A stretch of 64,000 bases of DNA from assembly GCA_965213705.1 (NCBI GenBank), contig OZ243913.1, positions 3,200,001 through 3,264,000 on the forward strand. The letters are read 5' to 3'. The translations under genes were made by a program, and so were the position numbers. The stretch's first letter is position 1, and every line of letters begins with the position of its first letter. The DNA comes from Trueperaceae bacterium. GTDB lineage: Bacteria; Deinococcota; Deinococci; Deinococcales; Trueperaceae. The notes under the pieces are model-generated. The model did no database searches. It was not told where the DNA came from and saw only the letters and a program-made list of their open reading frames with translations. This document shows, one piece after another, positions 1 to 9,414 of the stretch.

Positions 1-1
1 G

Positions 2-619
2 GTGCTGGCGACGCCCGCGTTTGTGAGTGCGGGGTTGCTCGAGGGGTTCTCCCCCACCGCCGCCGACCTTTTGGCTGATATTCCCTACGCCGACGTTTGG
101 GTCTTCGGCCTCGGCTACGACCGCGTCGACGTGCCGCAACCGCTGGACGGCTTCGGCTTCTTGGTGCCGCGCGGCGAGGGCGTGCGGAGCCTGGGCGTGC
201 TTTACAGTTCGTCGCTGTTTCCTGAACAGGCTCCCGCGGGCAAGGTGTTTCTCCGCGTGATTTGTGGCGGTACGCTCGAGCCGGGTTTCGTCGACCTGTC
301 CATTGAGGAAGCACTTTCTGTCGTGCGCCGCGACCTGCGCGTGACGATGGGGATTACCGCTGAGCCGGAATTCGTCACGCAAGTCAAATGGCCGAAAGGA
401 ATTCCGCAGTACCTCCTCGGACATCGTAAAAAAGTTACAACCGTCGAGGAAGCGCTGAGCGCTTATCCGGATTTGCACCTCACCGGCAACGCCTACCGCG
501 GCGTCGGCGTGAACGACTGCGTGCGGGACGCGCTGCGGGTGGCCCGCGCGCTCACGGCTGGGGCTGTTCCGCCTCACCCTCACGCCGCAGGTTCATCAAC
601 CCCGCAGGGGTCGGCCTGA
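2..619 (+). CDS. hemG: Protoporphyrinogen/coproporphyrinogen oxidase (HemY/HemG), C-terminal part; truncated by the window edge
   Basis: GFGFLVP, SSLFP..AP, W..GIPQY..GH and GNAYRGVGVNDC motifs typical of the HemY C-terminus. Confidence 0.9.
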   Translation: MLATPAFVSAGLLEGFSPTAADLLADIPYADVWVFGLGYDRVDVPQPLDGFGFLVPRGEGVRSLGVLYSSSLFPEQAPAGKVFLRVICGGTLEPGFVDLSIEEALSVVRRDLRVTMGITAEPEFVTQVKWPKGIPQYLLGHRKKVTTVEEALSAYPDLHLTGNAYRGVGVNDCVRDALRVARALTAGAVPPHPHAAGSSTPQGSA

Positions 620-974
620 ACCCGCAGTGTTCGTAAAACGAGGCCAAGTGCGGCTCGAAGTCGACGTGGAGCCAAACGAGGCCCCGCCCTCTCGCTACTG
701 CCGCCGCTCGCGTGACAAGTGCCACGCCGATGCCTTGACGCTGAACCTCTGGATGCACCGTCGTGTCTAGGACGAAGCCGTGAACGCCTCCGTCCCAAGC
801 GAGGTTGACGAAGCCGACTAAGCGCGCGCCCTGGTAGGCGCAGACGTAGCTGAGGCTGTGCTCGAGCCGCCCCACATCTCCTGCACCCCCGTTCCCCGGC
901 CACGCTGCCGAAAAGAGAGCGTCCAGTTCAGCGCCACTCACCTCCGGCGCAACCCTGTAAACGACCTCGGCCAC
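552..974 (-). CDS. GNAT family N-acetyltransferase
   Basis: VHPEVQRQGIG acetyl-CoA motif and FYEHCGF; GTG start at 974 chosen just after the upstream stop. Confidence 0.85.
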   Translation of the reverse strand: MAEVVYRVAPEVSGAELDALFSAAWPGNGGAGDVGRLEHSLSYVCAYQGARLVGFVNLAWDGGVHGFVLDTTVHPEVQRQGIGVALVTRAAAVARGRGLVWLHVDFEPHLASFYEHCGFRPTPAGLMNLRREGEAEQPQP

Positions 975-981
975 CCCGTCG

Positions 982-1689
982 TCACCCCCCACGCCACACC
1001 ACCGTGCCGAGAATGAACACGTCCTCCTCGCGGTCTAAGACGAGGTTCGGGTGCGCCGGGTTGACCGGGTAGAGGACGATGTCCTTGCCCTCGATTTTAA
1101 AGCGCTTGACGACCATCTTGTCCTCACGGGGCCACCAGGCGACGACCACGTCGCCGGGTTGCGGCTTGCGCTCAGAGTCGACCGCCACGTAGTCGCCGGG
1201 GGCGATGTTCTTTTGGATGCGCTGCGCCTCGTTCGAAATCATGCAGTCGCCGTTGACGAGGTAGACCTTGACCGTGTCGGGATTAGCACCTTTGGCACGC
1301 AGTTTCTCGCGCGGGATGTAGACGTGTTCGTCGCTCAAGGGTTTAGCGTCCTCTTTGCCCGCCGCGACCGCGCCGTAGACCGGCAGCCGCAGCCACTCGG
1401 GCCGCACCTCGAGCCGACTCGCCGCCTGCAGCGCTTCGGCCTGCGCTTGCGAAGAGAAAGGAAACGACAAGCCCGTCGCCTCGGCAAAGTCTTCCAGCGT
1501 CCACTCCAAAGCCTTGAGCAGCGCGAAAAACTTCTCTAAACTGATGTCCTCTAGCGGGTGGACGATGCCTCGTTCCAAACGGCTCACCTCCGCCTGGTAC
1601 AGCACCTCCTCAGACGCCGCCACCACGTCTTGCTGCGACATCCCGAGGTGTAACCGTCTCTTCCTCAGCGCTTCCGCCCAAATTTCCAT
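982..1689 (-). CDS. XRE-family HTH plus S24 peptidase domain repressor (LexA/CI-like)
   Basis: N-terminal HTH (LRKRRLHLGMSQQDV..VSRLERG), VAAG cleavage site, GDCM and VKR motifs; ATG at 1689, alternative TTG at 1710. Confidence 0.85.
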   Translation of the reverse strand: MEIWAEALRKRRLHLGMSQQDVVAASEEVLYQAEVSRLERGIVHPLEDISLEKFFALLKALEWTLEDFAEATGLSFPFSSQAQAEALQAASRLEVRPEWLRLPVYGAVAAGKEDAKPLSDEHVYIPREKLRAKGANPDTVKVYLVNGDCMISNEAQRIQKNIAPGDYVAVDSERKPQPGDVVVAWWPREDKMVVKRFKIEGKDIVLYPVNPAHPNLVLDREEDVFILGTVVWRGG

Positions 1690-1737
1690 CGTCGCCTCCT
1701 TAATCAACACGATTCACTGTGCACATTCTAAATCGTA

Positions 1738-1778
1738 TTGACTTATTATGCAAGTAAGTTTAACATAAGAACATCTTA
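1738..1778 (+). promoter_or_regulatory. Sigma70-like promoter overlapped by two short inverted repeats (candidate operators)
   Basis: TTGACT(1738)-17 bp-TAACAT(1761); inverted repeats ACTTA-N9-TAAGT and TAAGA-N3-TCTTA in an AT-rich divergent spacer. Confidence 0.55.
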
Positions 1779-1807
1779 GTCATATTGATTAGGATGAGAG
1801 GAGAGAG

Positions 1808-1984
1808 ATGAAACTGTTGGGTACCTATCTCGTCGCGGCCGCCCTGGTAGGGTTGTTAGCCTTGTTCGTGTGGGGTTGGTTCGCGAACGACAAGATTATT
1901 CCCGAAGCGGTTTTTGGTGGGCTGCTCGGGCTCGTCGCGACGGTCGTCGGTTACGTGTGGTTGCGGGACAAACAAAAAGAGTAG
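1808..1984 (+). CDS. Small two-TM membrane protein (58 aa), not in the ORF track
   Basis: GAGAGGAGAGAG RBS, then MKLLGTYLVAAALVGLLALFVWGWFANDKIIPEAVFGGLLGLVATVVGYVWLRDKQKE. Confidence 0.7.
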   Translation: MKLLGTYLVAAALVGLLALFVWGWFANDKIIPEAVFGGLLGLVATVVGYVWLRDKQKE

Positions 1985-2050
1985 GAAGTTTGTAGCCGGT
2001 GGTTTGTAGAAAACCCACAAACCACCGGTTTCTCGTGATAGCTTGAAGCC

Positions 2051-2785
2051 GTGAACGACTTAGCAGGCAAAACCGCCCTCGTCACCGGAGCCTCGAGAGG
2101 TGTCGGGGCGGCGGTCGCCAAGTTGCTCGCCGCGCGCGGTGCCGACGTCGTTATCAACTACCGCAGCAAAGGGGCTCGAGCCGAAGGCATCGCCACCGCG
2201 GTCGAAGCGTTGGGGCGGCGTGCGCTTCTCGCTCAGGCCGACATCACGTTGGAAGAAGACTTGAAAAAGATGATGGCGGCGGTCGAAGAAACCTTTGGAA
2301 CCCTGGACCTGCTCGTCCTCAACGCGAGCGGCGGTTTGGAAAAGGGCAAGGCAGCCGACTACGCGCTGAACCTCAACCGGGACGCTCAAGTTCAAACCCT
2401 CGAGCTTGCCCTACCACTGATGCCACGGGGCGGACGGGTCGTCTTTGTGACGAGCCACTTAGCGCACTTTCACGGCGAAAAGCCTGTTTTTCCAGAATAC
2501 GAGGGCGTCGCCGCGAGTAAAAAGACGGGCGAGACGGCGTTGCGGGAGCGCGTGGGCGAGCTGGCAGAGTTGGGTCTAAGCCTCGTCGTGGTCAGCGGCG
2601 ACCTTATCGAAGGCACGATTACGCCGAAGCTGCTCGAGCGCGCCGCCCCCGGTTTAATTGAAGCGCGCCGGGCGCAGGCGGGCGAACTGCCGACGGTTCG
2701 AGACTTTGCCGAAGCAATCGTGAACGCCGCCGCCGACCCGAATCTGGCGAGCGGCGCGACCCTTTACGTGGGAGCGGTCGACTAA
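2051..2785 (+). CDS. Short-chain dehydrogenase/reductase (SDR)
   Basis: TGASRGVG Rossmann motif, LVLNASGG, Y.GVAASK. Confidence 0.9.
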   Translation: MNDLAGKTALVTGASRGVGAAVAKLLAARGADVVINYRSKGARAEGIATAVEALGRRALLAQADITLEEDLKKMMAAVEETFGTLDLLVLNASGGLEKGKAADYALNLNRDAQVQTLELALPLMPRGGRVVFVTSHLAHFHGEKPVFPEYEGVAASKKTGETALRERVGELAELGLSLVVVSGDLIEGTITPKLLERAAPGLIEARRAQAGELPTVRDFAEAIVNAAADPNLASGATLYVGAVD

Positions 2786-2833
2786 AAACCGCACGTTCTA
2801 CCGACAAAACAGCAAAGCGACACGAGGCGTCTT

Positions 2834-3460
2834 TCAGGTCAGGAGACCGCTCAGCAAGTGCTCCGTCGACGACGTGATGAGGGTTTCGGTGCCCGCTTCG
2901 CTCTGGGCGTTGCGGTAAAGCGGCCCGTCCAACATCAGCGTGGCGAGTCCGTGAGCCGCCGCCCATACGGTAATGGCGGCGCGCTCGGGGTCGTCCGCGG
3001 CCAAACGGCCCTTGGCCTGGAGTGAGGCGAGAGCCTCCACGATGAGCGCGTAGGTCGCCCGCCCCGCCGCCTCCACCTCGGTGTGGACCTCGTCACTGCG
3101 CAGTTGCGGCAAAAACATGAGTCGGAACTCGTCGGGATTGTCTAGGGCAAACATGACGTAGCACCGCATGAGCGCCCCCAAACGCTCCGGCGCGTCGCCG
3201 TCCGGCACAGCCTGCATCACGGCCTCGAGCTCCCCAAACGCCACCACCGCCACGGCCGCGACCAGGTCGGTTTTGTCCCTGAAGTGGTGGTAGGCCGCCG
3301 CGTGGCTCACGCCCGCGTTGCGTGCGACTTCGCGCAGGGAAAGCTTATCTACACCTTTCTCTTTGAGGGAGGCTCGAGCCTCGCGGATGAGCGCCTGGCG
3401 CAGGTTGCCGTGGTGGTAGGTGTCGGACTTCTGGGCACGGGTTGAAGCAGAACTTGACAT
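2834..3460 (-). CDS. TetR/AcrR family regulator (YHHGNLR/WHG-type)
   Basis: YHHGNLR, LSLREVARNAGVSHAAAYHHF HTH, WAAAHG. Confidence 0.92.
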   Translation of the reverse strand: MSSSASTRAQKSDTYHHGNLRQALIREARASLKEKGVDKLSLREVARNAGVSHAAAYHHFRDKTDLVAAVAVVAFGELEAVMQAVPDGDAPERLGALMRCYVMFALDNPDEFRLMFLPQLRSDEVHTEVEAAGRATYALIVEALASLQAKGRLAADDPERAAITVWAAAHGLATLMLDGPLYRNAQSEAGTETLITSSTEHLLSGLLT

Positions 3461-3496
3461 GGGTAAGATTATAGACTATCCTACCAGCGTAAAGAT
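3451..3496. promoter_or_regulatory. Two 19-bp imperfect palindromic TetR operators
   Basis: AACTTGACATGGGTAAGAT (3451-3469) and ATCCTACCAGCGTAAAGAT (3478-3496) flank the TATAAT of the tetR gene. Confidence 0.65.
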
Positions 3497-3520
3497 AGAA
3501 TTCCAGAAAAGGAGGGAGAG

Positions 3521-3652
3521 ATGACGGCCAAGCTACAGTACAAGGCTCGAGCAGCCGCCAAGCGTTTAGAGCGTGTAACGGCGGTGCTTTTGGGGTTCGG
3601 TTCCTTGCTCGTTACCCCGCTTTTCATGCTGGGGGTGGAGAACATGGTCTAA
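3521..3652 (+). CDS. Small single-TM protein (43 aa), not in the ORF track
   Basis: AAGGAGGGAG RBS; MTAKLQYKARAAAKRLERVTAVLLGFGSLLVTPLFMLGVENMV. Confidence 0.55.
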   Translation: MTAKLQYKARAAAKRLERVTAVLLGFGSLLVTPLFMLGVENMV

Positions 3653-3835
3653 CGTACTTGGGTCGCTTCAGTGCTTACGCCTCAAACCGTGTAAAAACAC
3701 TGCGTAAAACTTTGAGATCACGAGAGAAGGTCAAAGTACCTGGTAACCACCCCCGGCGGAACAGCCTGCTTAAACCGTGTGGCTGATGGTCCGTCCTCAC
3801 ACTTCCATACCAAACTAGCTGAAAGGATATTAACG

Positions 3836-4429
3836 ATGCTTAAACCGAAACTGCTGAAATTGTTTTTAATCGTCATCACCGCTACTGCTGCGAGCGGATG
3901 GGCGCAACCGTCCGCCGTCCTTGACCTCAAAGAGCGCTTGGTCGGGACGTGGATTCAAGACAGCGTACCGTTCACTGTTGAGAGTGAGAATACGACCGTC
4001 TACGTGCGCCAAACTGTTGTTTTCAACGCCGCTGAGCAAACAATCAAGGTCGAAGTCTTCGTTGACCAAGCGCTCGAGCAACCTCTGTTTACCTATAACT
4101 CTACAGGACCGTACACGCTGGTCGGGCCATCCGAAACAGTTCCGGAAGCTTTCGATATCAACCTCGTCAACACGTCCTCCACAATCACCGCTTTTGTGGA
4201 CGCTCCAGCGCTTTTCGAGGCCACGGACCTTGCCGACTGTGGGCTCACCGTGGGTCTTCCCGTCGATGTCTCGGATGGGTGCGCTGCGCCGCTGTTCAGC
4301 GTTGCCGACTGCGTAGACCTTGACCTCATCGCGGTGACGGGTAATGAGTTACGCTTCGGGGCCGAGGGCACGGACCGCTGTGTTCAGCGTCCTGTCGAAC
4401 TAGCGGACGCACCTTACCTGAAACGTTGA
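3836..4429 (+). CDS. Secreted beta-rich protein, APCDD1-domain-like
   Basis: Signal peptide MLKPKLLKLFLIVITATAASGWA; GTW, PLFT..TGPY..GPS..VP, C.DLDL..LRFG..RP pattern; four Cys. Confidence 0.6.
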   Translation: MLKPKLLKLFLIVITATAASGWAQPSAVLDLKERLVGTWIQDSVPFTVESENTTVYVRQTVVFNAAEQTIKVEVFVDQALEQPLFTYNSTGPYTLVGPSETVPEAFDINLVNTSSTITAFVDAPALFEATDLADCGLTVGLPVDVSDGCAAPLFSVADCVDLDLIAVTGNELRFGAEGTDRCVQRPVELADAPYLKR

Positions 4430-4435
4430 CTGCGT

Positions 4436-4471
4436 TAGCCAGCACACGTGTTAAACGTGTGCTGGCTATTT
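4436..4471 (+). terminator. Rho-independent terminator
   Basis: 14-bp perfect stem TAGCCAGCACACGT/ACGTGTGCTGGCTA followed by TTT, directly after the stop. Confidence 0.75.
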
Positions 4472-4558
4472 ACGGATGAGGCTTGGGGCGTCATACGTGA
4501 CATACGTCGGCTTTCAAGGGGGTCAAGATGGCCTACAAGCTGTCAAGACATCTGCACA

Positions 4559-4577
4559 ATCTTACCACTGTAAATAT
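4559..4577. promoter_or_regulatory. Third copy of the TetR operator
   Basis: ATCTTACCACTGTAAATAT matches the 3451 and 3478 sites; lies just upstream of the GAAGGAG RBS. Confidence 0.65.
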
Positions 4578-4590
4578 AGTTTTGAAGGAG

Positions 4591-5574
4591 ATGGCTATGG
4601 CAAGCACTGGCTTCAACCCTCGAGCAAACCGTCCGTCTTTCGGGCTCAACCTGCCCCTCTTAGTCGCAGCTACCGTGTGGCTTACTGCTTCCGCTTACCT
4701 TCTTTTTTTCGCCGACTTACCCAGGCTGCGCTACGGTAACCAGGAGCCCGTAACCTACTTGTTAGGCCAGTTGGGTATGCTGCCTTTTATCGCTGCGATG
4801 CTCTTTTTGGCGCGCCGGGCGGGGCTGAAACCCATCGACCATACGAGCGACCTGGGCCTGACCCGCACCCGCGCCGCGCTCGAGACCGTCTGGCTGCTCG
4901 CGTACATGCTGGTCACAATGGGAGTCGGCATGGCCCTGAACCTCCACACGCATACCCACTTTGGGGCCTTCGCGGACGGCACCCAGAGCATCTTCGGTCA
5001 GGAAGCCGCGGCGTCGTCCCTACTCTGGATGGGTTACAACGCGCTCGTCTACGCCGTGCTGCCGCTGGCCTTTTTTATGGGCGTGCGGGGGTACAGCACT
5101 CGTGAGTTGCTTCTGGGTTTTCCCAAGCCTCGGGTGTTCGTTCCCTTCGCCGTGATAGCGGGCCTTGTCGGGCTTGTTCCTTTTATCACCTCGGAATTCT
5201 GGACGGTGTCCGCTGCGGGGCATCTGCTGACCCTCATTCTTTATGGTCTCGGGACGCTTCTACCCGTGGCGATTTTTACCCAAGCTCTTGTAGCACCCCG
5301 ACTCGCCGTGCTCGCGCGTTCTTGGGTGACGGGGGCCGTTTTAGCCGGAGTCGTTTACATGCTTTTCAACCTCAACGAATATTTTCTCGAGTGGGGCAGC
5401 GCGTCTGACATCGGCTTGTCGCTGACATGGCTGCTCGCCGGCGACCTGTTTTGGGGCACCATCAAGGCCGTCTCCACGCTCGCGCTGGGCAACGCCTGGA
5501 TGCACATCTTTACCACCCACACTTTCCACTTGGCCGACGCGCCGCTCGTGGCGCGCGTGTTCGGCGTCAGGTAG
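4591..5574 (+). CDS. Multi-pass membrane protein, possibly a divergent CPBP/Abi-like family member
   Basis: About 8-9 hydrophobic segments, His-rich HTHTH and HIFTTHTFH; RBS GAAGGAG before ATG 4591. Confidence 0.7.
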   Translation: MAMASTGFNPRANRPSFGLNLPLLVAATVWLTASAYLLFFADLPRLRYGNQEPVTYLLGQLGMLPFIAAMLFLARRAGLKPIDHTSDLGLTRTRAALETVWLLAYMLVTMGVGMALNLHTHTHFGAFADGTQSIFGQEAAASSLLWMGYNALVYAVLPLAFFMGVRGYSTRELLLGFPKPRVFVPFAVIAGLVGLVPFITSEFWTVSAAGHLLTLILYGLGTLLPVAIFTQALVAPRLAVLARSWVTGAVLAGVVYMLFNLNEYFLEWGSASDIGLSLTWLLAGDLFWGTIKAVSTLALGNAWMHIFTTHTFHLADAPLVARVFGVR

Positions 5575-5662
5575 ACGAGTTTGAAGGTGTAACGCCGTCG
5601 GCTCGAGCCCACCGTCAAACCCCCTCTTACACAGTCTCTCCCTGCACAGTAAGAAAGGAATC

Positions 5663-6643
5663 ATGTCCAACACCAGCTCTACTAAAGCGTTGCACGTCAT
5701 TTTCGGCACCGGCCCCGTCGGGACTGCCACAGCCAAGTCGTTACTCAAACGTGGTCATCAGGTGCGCCTGGTCAACCGCAGCGGCAGGGCGTCCGCGCCG
5801 CAAGGTGTAGAGGTCGTTGCCGCCGACGCCCTCGAGCCTGCCCAAGCCAAAAAAGCGGTTAAAGGGGCGCGGGTCGTTTACCAATGTGCCCAACCCGCCT
5901 ACACCCGCTGGCCCGAGGACTTTCCTCCGTTGCAGCGCGCCATCCTCAACGCCGCTGCCGAGGCCGGGGCCAAGCTCGTACTGGCCGACAACCTCTACAT
6001 GTATGGCGAGGTGGACGGCCCCCTCCACGAAGATTTGCCTTACACCGCCAAGACGCGCAAGGGCAAGGTGCGTGCAGCGATGGCGAAAGAGGCGCTCGAG
6101 GCGCATCAACAGGGCAAGCTGCGCGTCGCCGTTGGGCGAGCGTCGGACTTTTACGGGCCGTTCGTCAAAGAGTCCGCGTTGGGCGAGCGGGTGTTCGAAC
6201 CGCTGCTGAAGGGTAAAAGCGCGGGGCTCGTCGGTGACATCGACCAGCCGCACAGCTACACCTATATCGGAGACTTTGGTGAGGCGTTGGCCGTCTTGGG
6301 CGAGCGTGACGAGGCGGACGGTGAGGCGTGGCACGTACCCAACGCCCCTGCGCAAAGCACTCGAGAGGTCGTTACAAAAGCGTTCGAGCTTGCTGGTAAA
6401 CTCCCCAAGATGAGCGGTATGGGGCGCACCATGATGCGACTCGGCGGCATCTTCATCCCCGGCGCGCGTGAAACGGTCGAGATGATGTACGAGTTCGAGC
6501 AGCCCTTTGTGGTGGACGACGGCAAGTTCAAACGAGTGTTTGGGGACGTCAGCACGCCGCTCGAGGTGGGGCTCGAGCAAACGCTGCGTTGGTTTCGAGG
6601 GGCGCACGCCACACCTGCAGCAAAAAGCGGGGTGGCCCTGTGA
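5663..6643 (+). CDS. NAD-dependent epimerase/dehydratase (atypical SDR)
   Basis: GTGPVG, DNLYMYG, RASDFYGP. Confidence 0.88.
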   Translation: MSNTSSTKALHVIFGTGPVGTATAKSLLKRGHQVRLVNRSGRASAPQGVEVVAADALEPAQAKKAVKGARVVYQCAQPAYTRWPEDFPPLQRAILNAAAEAGAKLVLADNLYMYGEVDGPLHEDLPYTAKTRKGKVRAAMAKEALEAHQQGKLRVAVGRASDFYGPFVKESALGERVFEPLLKGKSAGLVGDIDQPHSYTYIGDFGEALAVLGERDEADGEAWHVPNAPAQSTREVVTKAFELAGKLPKMSGMGRTMMRLGGIFIPGARETVEMMYEFEQPFVVDDGKFKRVFGDVSTPLEVGLEQTLRWFRGAHATPAAKSGVAL

Positions 6644-7059
6644 GTCCGGTCACGCCTCGGCGGAGGATTTACGTTGCCGCCCTGGGAATGATCGCCGTGC
6701 TGGTCGTGACGGGCGTCGCGCTGCTTTTGTCCCCTATCGGCAAACGCCTCCTCGCCGACCCCGCCGGGGCCGCGCCGCAAGTCGGGGTGACGGAGGTGCG
6801 CGTCGTGGCGCGTGCAGGCCAGAACCACGCCTTTGAGCCGAGCGTCATCCAAGTGCCCGCGGGCACCACGGTCACTTGGCACTTCGAGGACGTGGACGAC
6901 GGTGAGAACGTCCCGCACAACGTCGTGGGCGAGGGTTTCGAGTCGGAGATTTTGAGCGAGGGAACCTACAGCCACACCTTTACCGAGGTGGGCTCGTACC
7001 CCTACACCTGCACGTTACACGCGTTCATGGACGGCCGGGTGGAGGTGGTCGCGCCGTAA
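6640..7059 (+). CDS. Membrane-anchored cupredoxin (plastocyanin/amicyanin-like)
   Basis: N-terminal TM, PHNV and YTCTLHAFMDG type-1 copper ligands; GTG overlaps the upstream TGA. Confidence 0.88.
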   Translation: MSPVTPRRRIYVAALGMIAVLVVTGVALLLSPIGKRLLADPAGAAPQVGVTEVRVVARAGQNHAFEPSVIQVPAGTTVTWHFEDVDDGENVPHNVVGEGFESEILSEGTYSHTFTEVGSYPYTCTLHAFMDGRVEVVAP

Positions 7060-7292
7060 AAGTGGGGATACCCTCGAGCCCGAAACCGCGCCCTGGGTGC
7101 ACGGGGCGAAAAAGACCGGGAAAGTTTTCTACCTCAGGGCGGCGTGAACGCAACACGTCCTTTTATCACAGCGGAACAAAAAGCGGAGAAAAACGCCGTG
7201 ACGCCCACCCTTTCTCAACCTCTTTTTGGGTCTTGCCGGTAAGGGTTAAAGAACGCGAAAGCTCTACTTGAAGGCTGGAGAAAACGTTCGAC

Positions 7293-8012
7293 TCAGGCTT
7301 TTACGCAGGTGTAGCTGGCATAAGTCTTCAAATCGCCGTAACTCGAGCCGACAATCTCGAAACCCGTTTTTTGGAACATCGCTTCCAACACCCAACTGTA
7401 GGTGCTGAACTCCCCCCGCACGTGCGCCTCGAACTCGGCTCGAGTCCAGCCCTCTTCGGGATTCGCAACAGTGACGGCGTCGAACCAAGCCTCTATCCTT
7501 TCCGCAAGCTCAACCGGCTCGAAAGAGTACACCACGTCACGCAGGTAAAACGTCCCACCCGGTTTTAGTAGTTCGCTTATTTGGTGCAACGCCTGCACCT
7601 TCCAAAAATCCGGCAGGTGATGAAGCGCGTTTTTGGTGATGGCAAAGTCCACCGGCTCACCCCTGTGCTCGTAGCTCAGAAAACCCTCGTGACGGTAGCT
7701 CAGGTTATCCAAACCCAAACTTTCGGCCCGCTTTCGGGTGTACTCGAGCATCGCCTTCGAAATATCGACGGCAATAACTTCTTTGCAGATTTTAGCCGCC
7801 TCCAAAACGAGCGTGCCCGTTCCAGAGCCAAATTCGATGAGAGTATGGTCTGCGCCTAAGCCGAGTTCTCGCAACAGTTTTCGCTCCTGCGCCGGGTCAC
7901 TGTGCTGTTTACGGTCGTAGGCTTCGACTTGTTCAGGGCTGGAAAAGTCCGGGCCGCCATTTCTGGTCGGGTCGAAAATCCAAAACTCGTCGAACGACCA
8001 AGGCGGCTTCAC
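7293..8012 (-). CDS. Class I SAM-dependent methyltransferase
   Basis: IEFGSGTG motif I, AVDIS, ALHHL, LKPGG. Confidence 0.9.
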   Translation of the reverse strand: MKPPWSFDEFWIFDPTRNGGPDFSSPEQVEAYDRKQHSDPAQERKLLRELGLGADHTLIEFGSGTGTLVLEAAKICKEVIAVDISKAMLEYTRKRAESLGLDNLSYRHEGFLSYEHRGEPVDFAITKNALHHLPDFWKVQALHQISELLKPGGTFYLRDVVYSFEPVELAERIEAWFDAVTVANPEEGWTRAEFEAHVRGEFSTYSWVLEAMFQKTGFEIVGSSYGDLKTYASYTCVKA

Positions 8013-8938
8013 TCCTCGGCCGCGACCAGCTGCCGGCTTTTCCGCCGCGCCGCTTTGCCCTGCTGCTCGGCAAAACGCTCTTCCAAATCTTTGATAATAG
8101 CCTCGGCGACGTTCACGCCGGTCGTTTTCTCGATGCCTTCCAAGCCCGGCGAAGAGTTGACCTCCATCACCACGGGTCCGTCTTTGCCGCGGAGCATGTC
8201 CACACCCGCGACTTCCAAACCCATCGTTTTGGCGGCTTGGACAGCGGTGGCGCGCTCGGCCGGGCTGATTTTGACTTTTTCAGCCTTGCCGCCCTGGTGC
8301 AGGTTCGAGCGAAATTCGCCCTCGGCGGCGCGGCGCATCATCGCAGCGATGACCCGGCCGCCCACCACGAAGGCGCGGATGTCGGCTCCCTTGGCTTCTT
8401 TGACGAACTGCTGCACGAGGATGTTGGCGTCGAGTTGCCGGAACGCGCCGATGACCGACTCGGCGGCTTTTTGCGTTTCGGCAAGCACCACGCCGACGCC
8501 TTGCGTGCCTTCTAAGAGTTTGACCACCAGCGGCGCGCCGCCCACGATGTCGACGACGCCGCCGATGTCCTTGGTCGAGTGCGCGAAGCTCGTCACCGGC
8601 AAGCCCACGCCCGCCCGCGCCAACAGTTGCAAGGAGCGCAGCTTGTCGCGGCTGCGCGTGATGGCTTGCGACTCGTTGGCGCTGAGCACGTTCATCACCT
8701 CGAACTGGCGCACTACGGCGGTGCCGTAGTAGGTATAGCTCGCGCCGATGCGCGGGATAATCGCGTCGAACTCAAGTTCCTCGCCTACGAAGATAACCTT
8801 GGGGTGTTTCGAGGTGATGTTCATGTAGCAGCGCAGGTAGTCGATGACCCGCACTTCGTGGCCGCGCGCTTCGGCGGCCTCACACAAACGGCGAGTAGAA
8901 TAAAGTGACTTGTTTCTCGACAAAATACCTAGTTTCAC
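8009..8938 (-). CDS. rimK: RimK alpha-L-glutamate ligase (ATP-grasp)
   Basis: [51 protein letters not shown]. Confidence 0.95.
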   Translation of the reverse strand: MKLGILSRNKSLYSTRRLCEAAEARGHEVRVIDYLRCYMNITSKHPKVIFVGEELEFDAIIPRIGASYTYYGTAVVRQFEVMNVLSANESQAITRSRDKLRSLQLLARAGVGLPVTSFAHSTKDIGGVVDIVGGAPLVVKLLEGTQGVGVVLAETQKAAESVIGAFRQLDANILVQQFVKEAKGADIRAFVVGGRVIAAMMRRAAEGEFRSNLHQGGKAEKVKISPAERATAVQAAKTMGLEVAGVDMLRGKDGPVVMEVNSSPGLEGIEKTTGVNVAEAIIKDLEERFAEQQGKAARRKSRQLVAAEE

Positions 8939-9414
8939 AAGTTTCCTTTCTTTTTGGACGGCTTTGAGAGCAGTGTTTTTTTGGGTGGCGCCGAGGTGAG
9001 AAACGACCTGCTCACGTCGACCAGCACGTGCGCGCGGAGCGCCTGCCGCCCCAACAGCATCGGAAAGTTCATCTCGTCGCGGCGCGTCAGGGTGAGTTCG
9101 ATAGGCCATCGTTGTGCGGAAAGTTCGACCACCGTAACGATGACTGGCCGCCGCTCCACGCGCCCGTTCGAGCTTCTGACGCGCCGCCACTCCACAACGG
9201 GCACGTCCACGTCGACCCGCGCTTTGCGCTCGCCCCCCGCCGGAACGACGAAGCGCACCCGCTCACGACCGTCTTCGGCCCGGTACACCTTGAGCTTTAC
9301 CGCGTGCAGCGCCGAGGTACGCGCACCTGTATCCACCTTGACCTTGATGCGGCTCACGCCTATTTCGGGCAGCGCCAGGTATTCGCGCCAGCCGATGACG
9401 GGGAGGTTTGCCAT
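8935..9414 (-). CDS. RimK-associated retropepsin-like protease (RimB / 'ATP-dependent zinc protease' family)
   Basis: [23 protein letters not shown]; overlaps the rimK start. Confidence 0.88.
   Translation of the reverse strand: MANLPVIGWREYLALPEIGVSRIKVKVDTGARTSALHAVKLKVYRAEDGRERVRFVVPAGGERKARVDVDVPVVEWRRVRSSNGRVERRPVIVTVVELSAQRWPIELTLTRRDEMNFPMLLGRQALRAHVLVDVSRSFLTSAPPKKTLLSKPSKKKGNL

Noticed and set aside
982..1984. Prophage immunity region
   Set aside because: No integrase, Cro-like HTH, replication or structural genes nearby; the flanks are housekeeping genes
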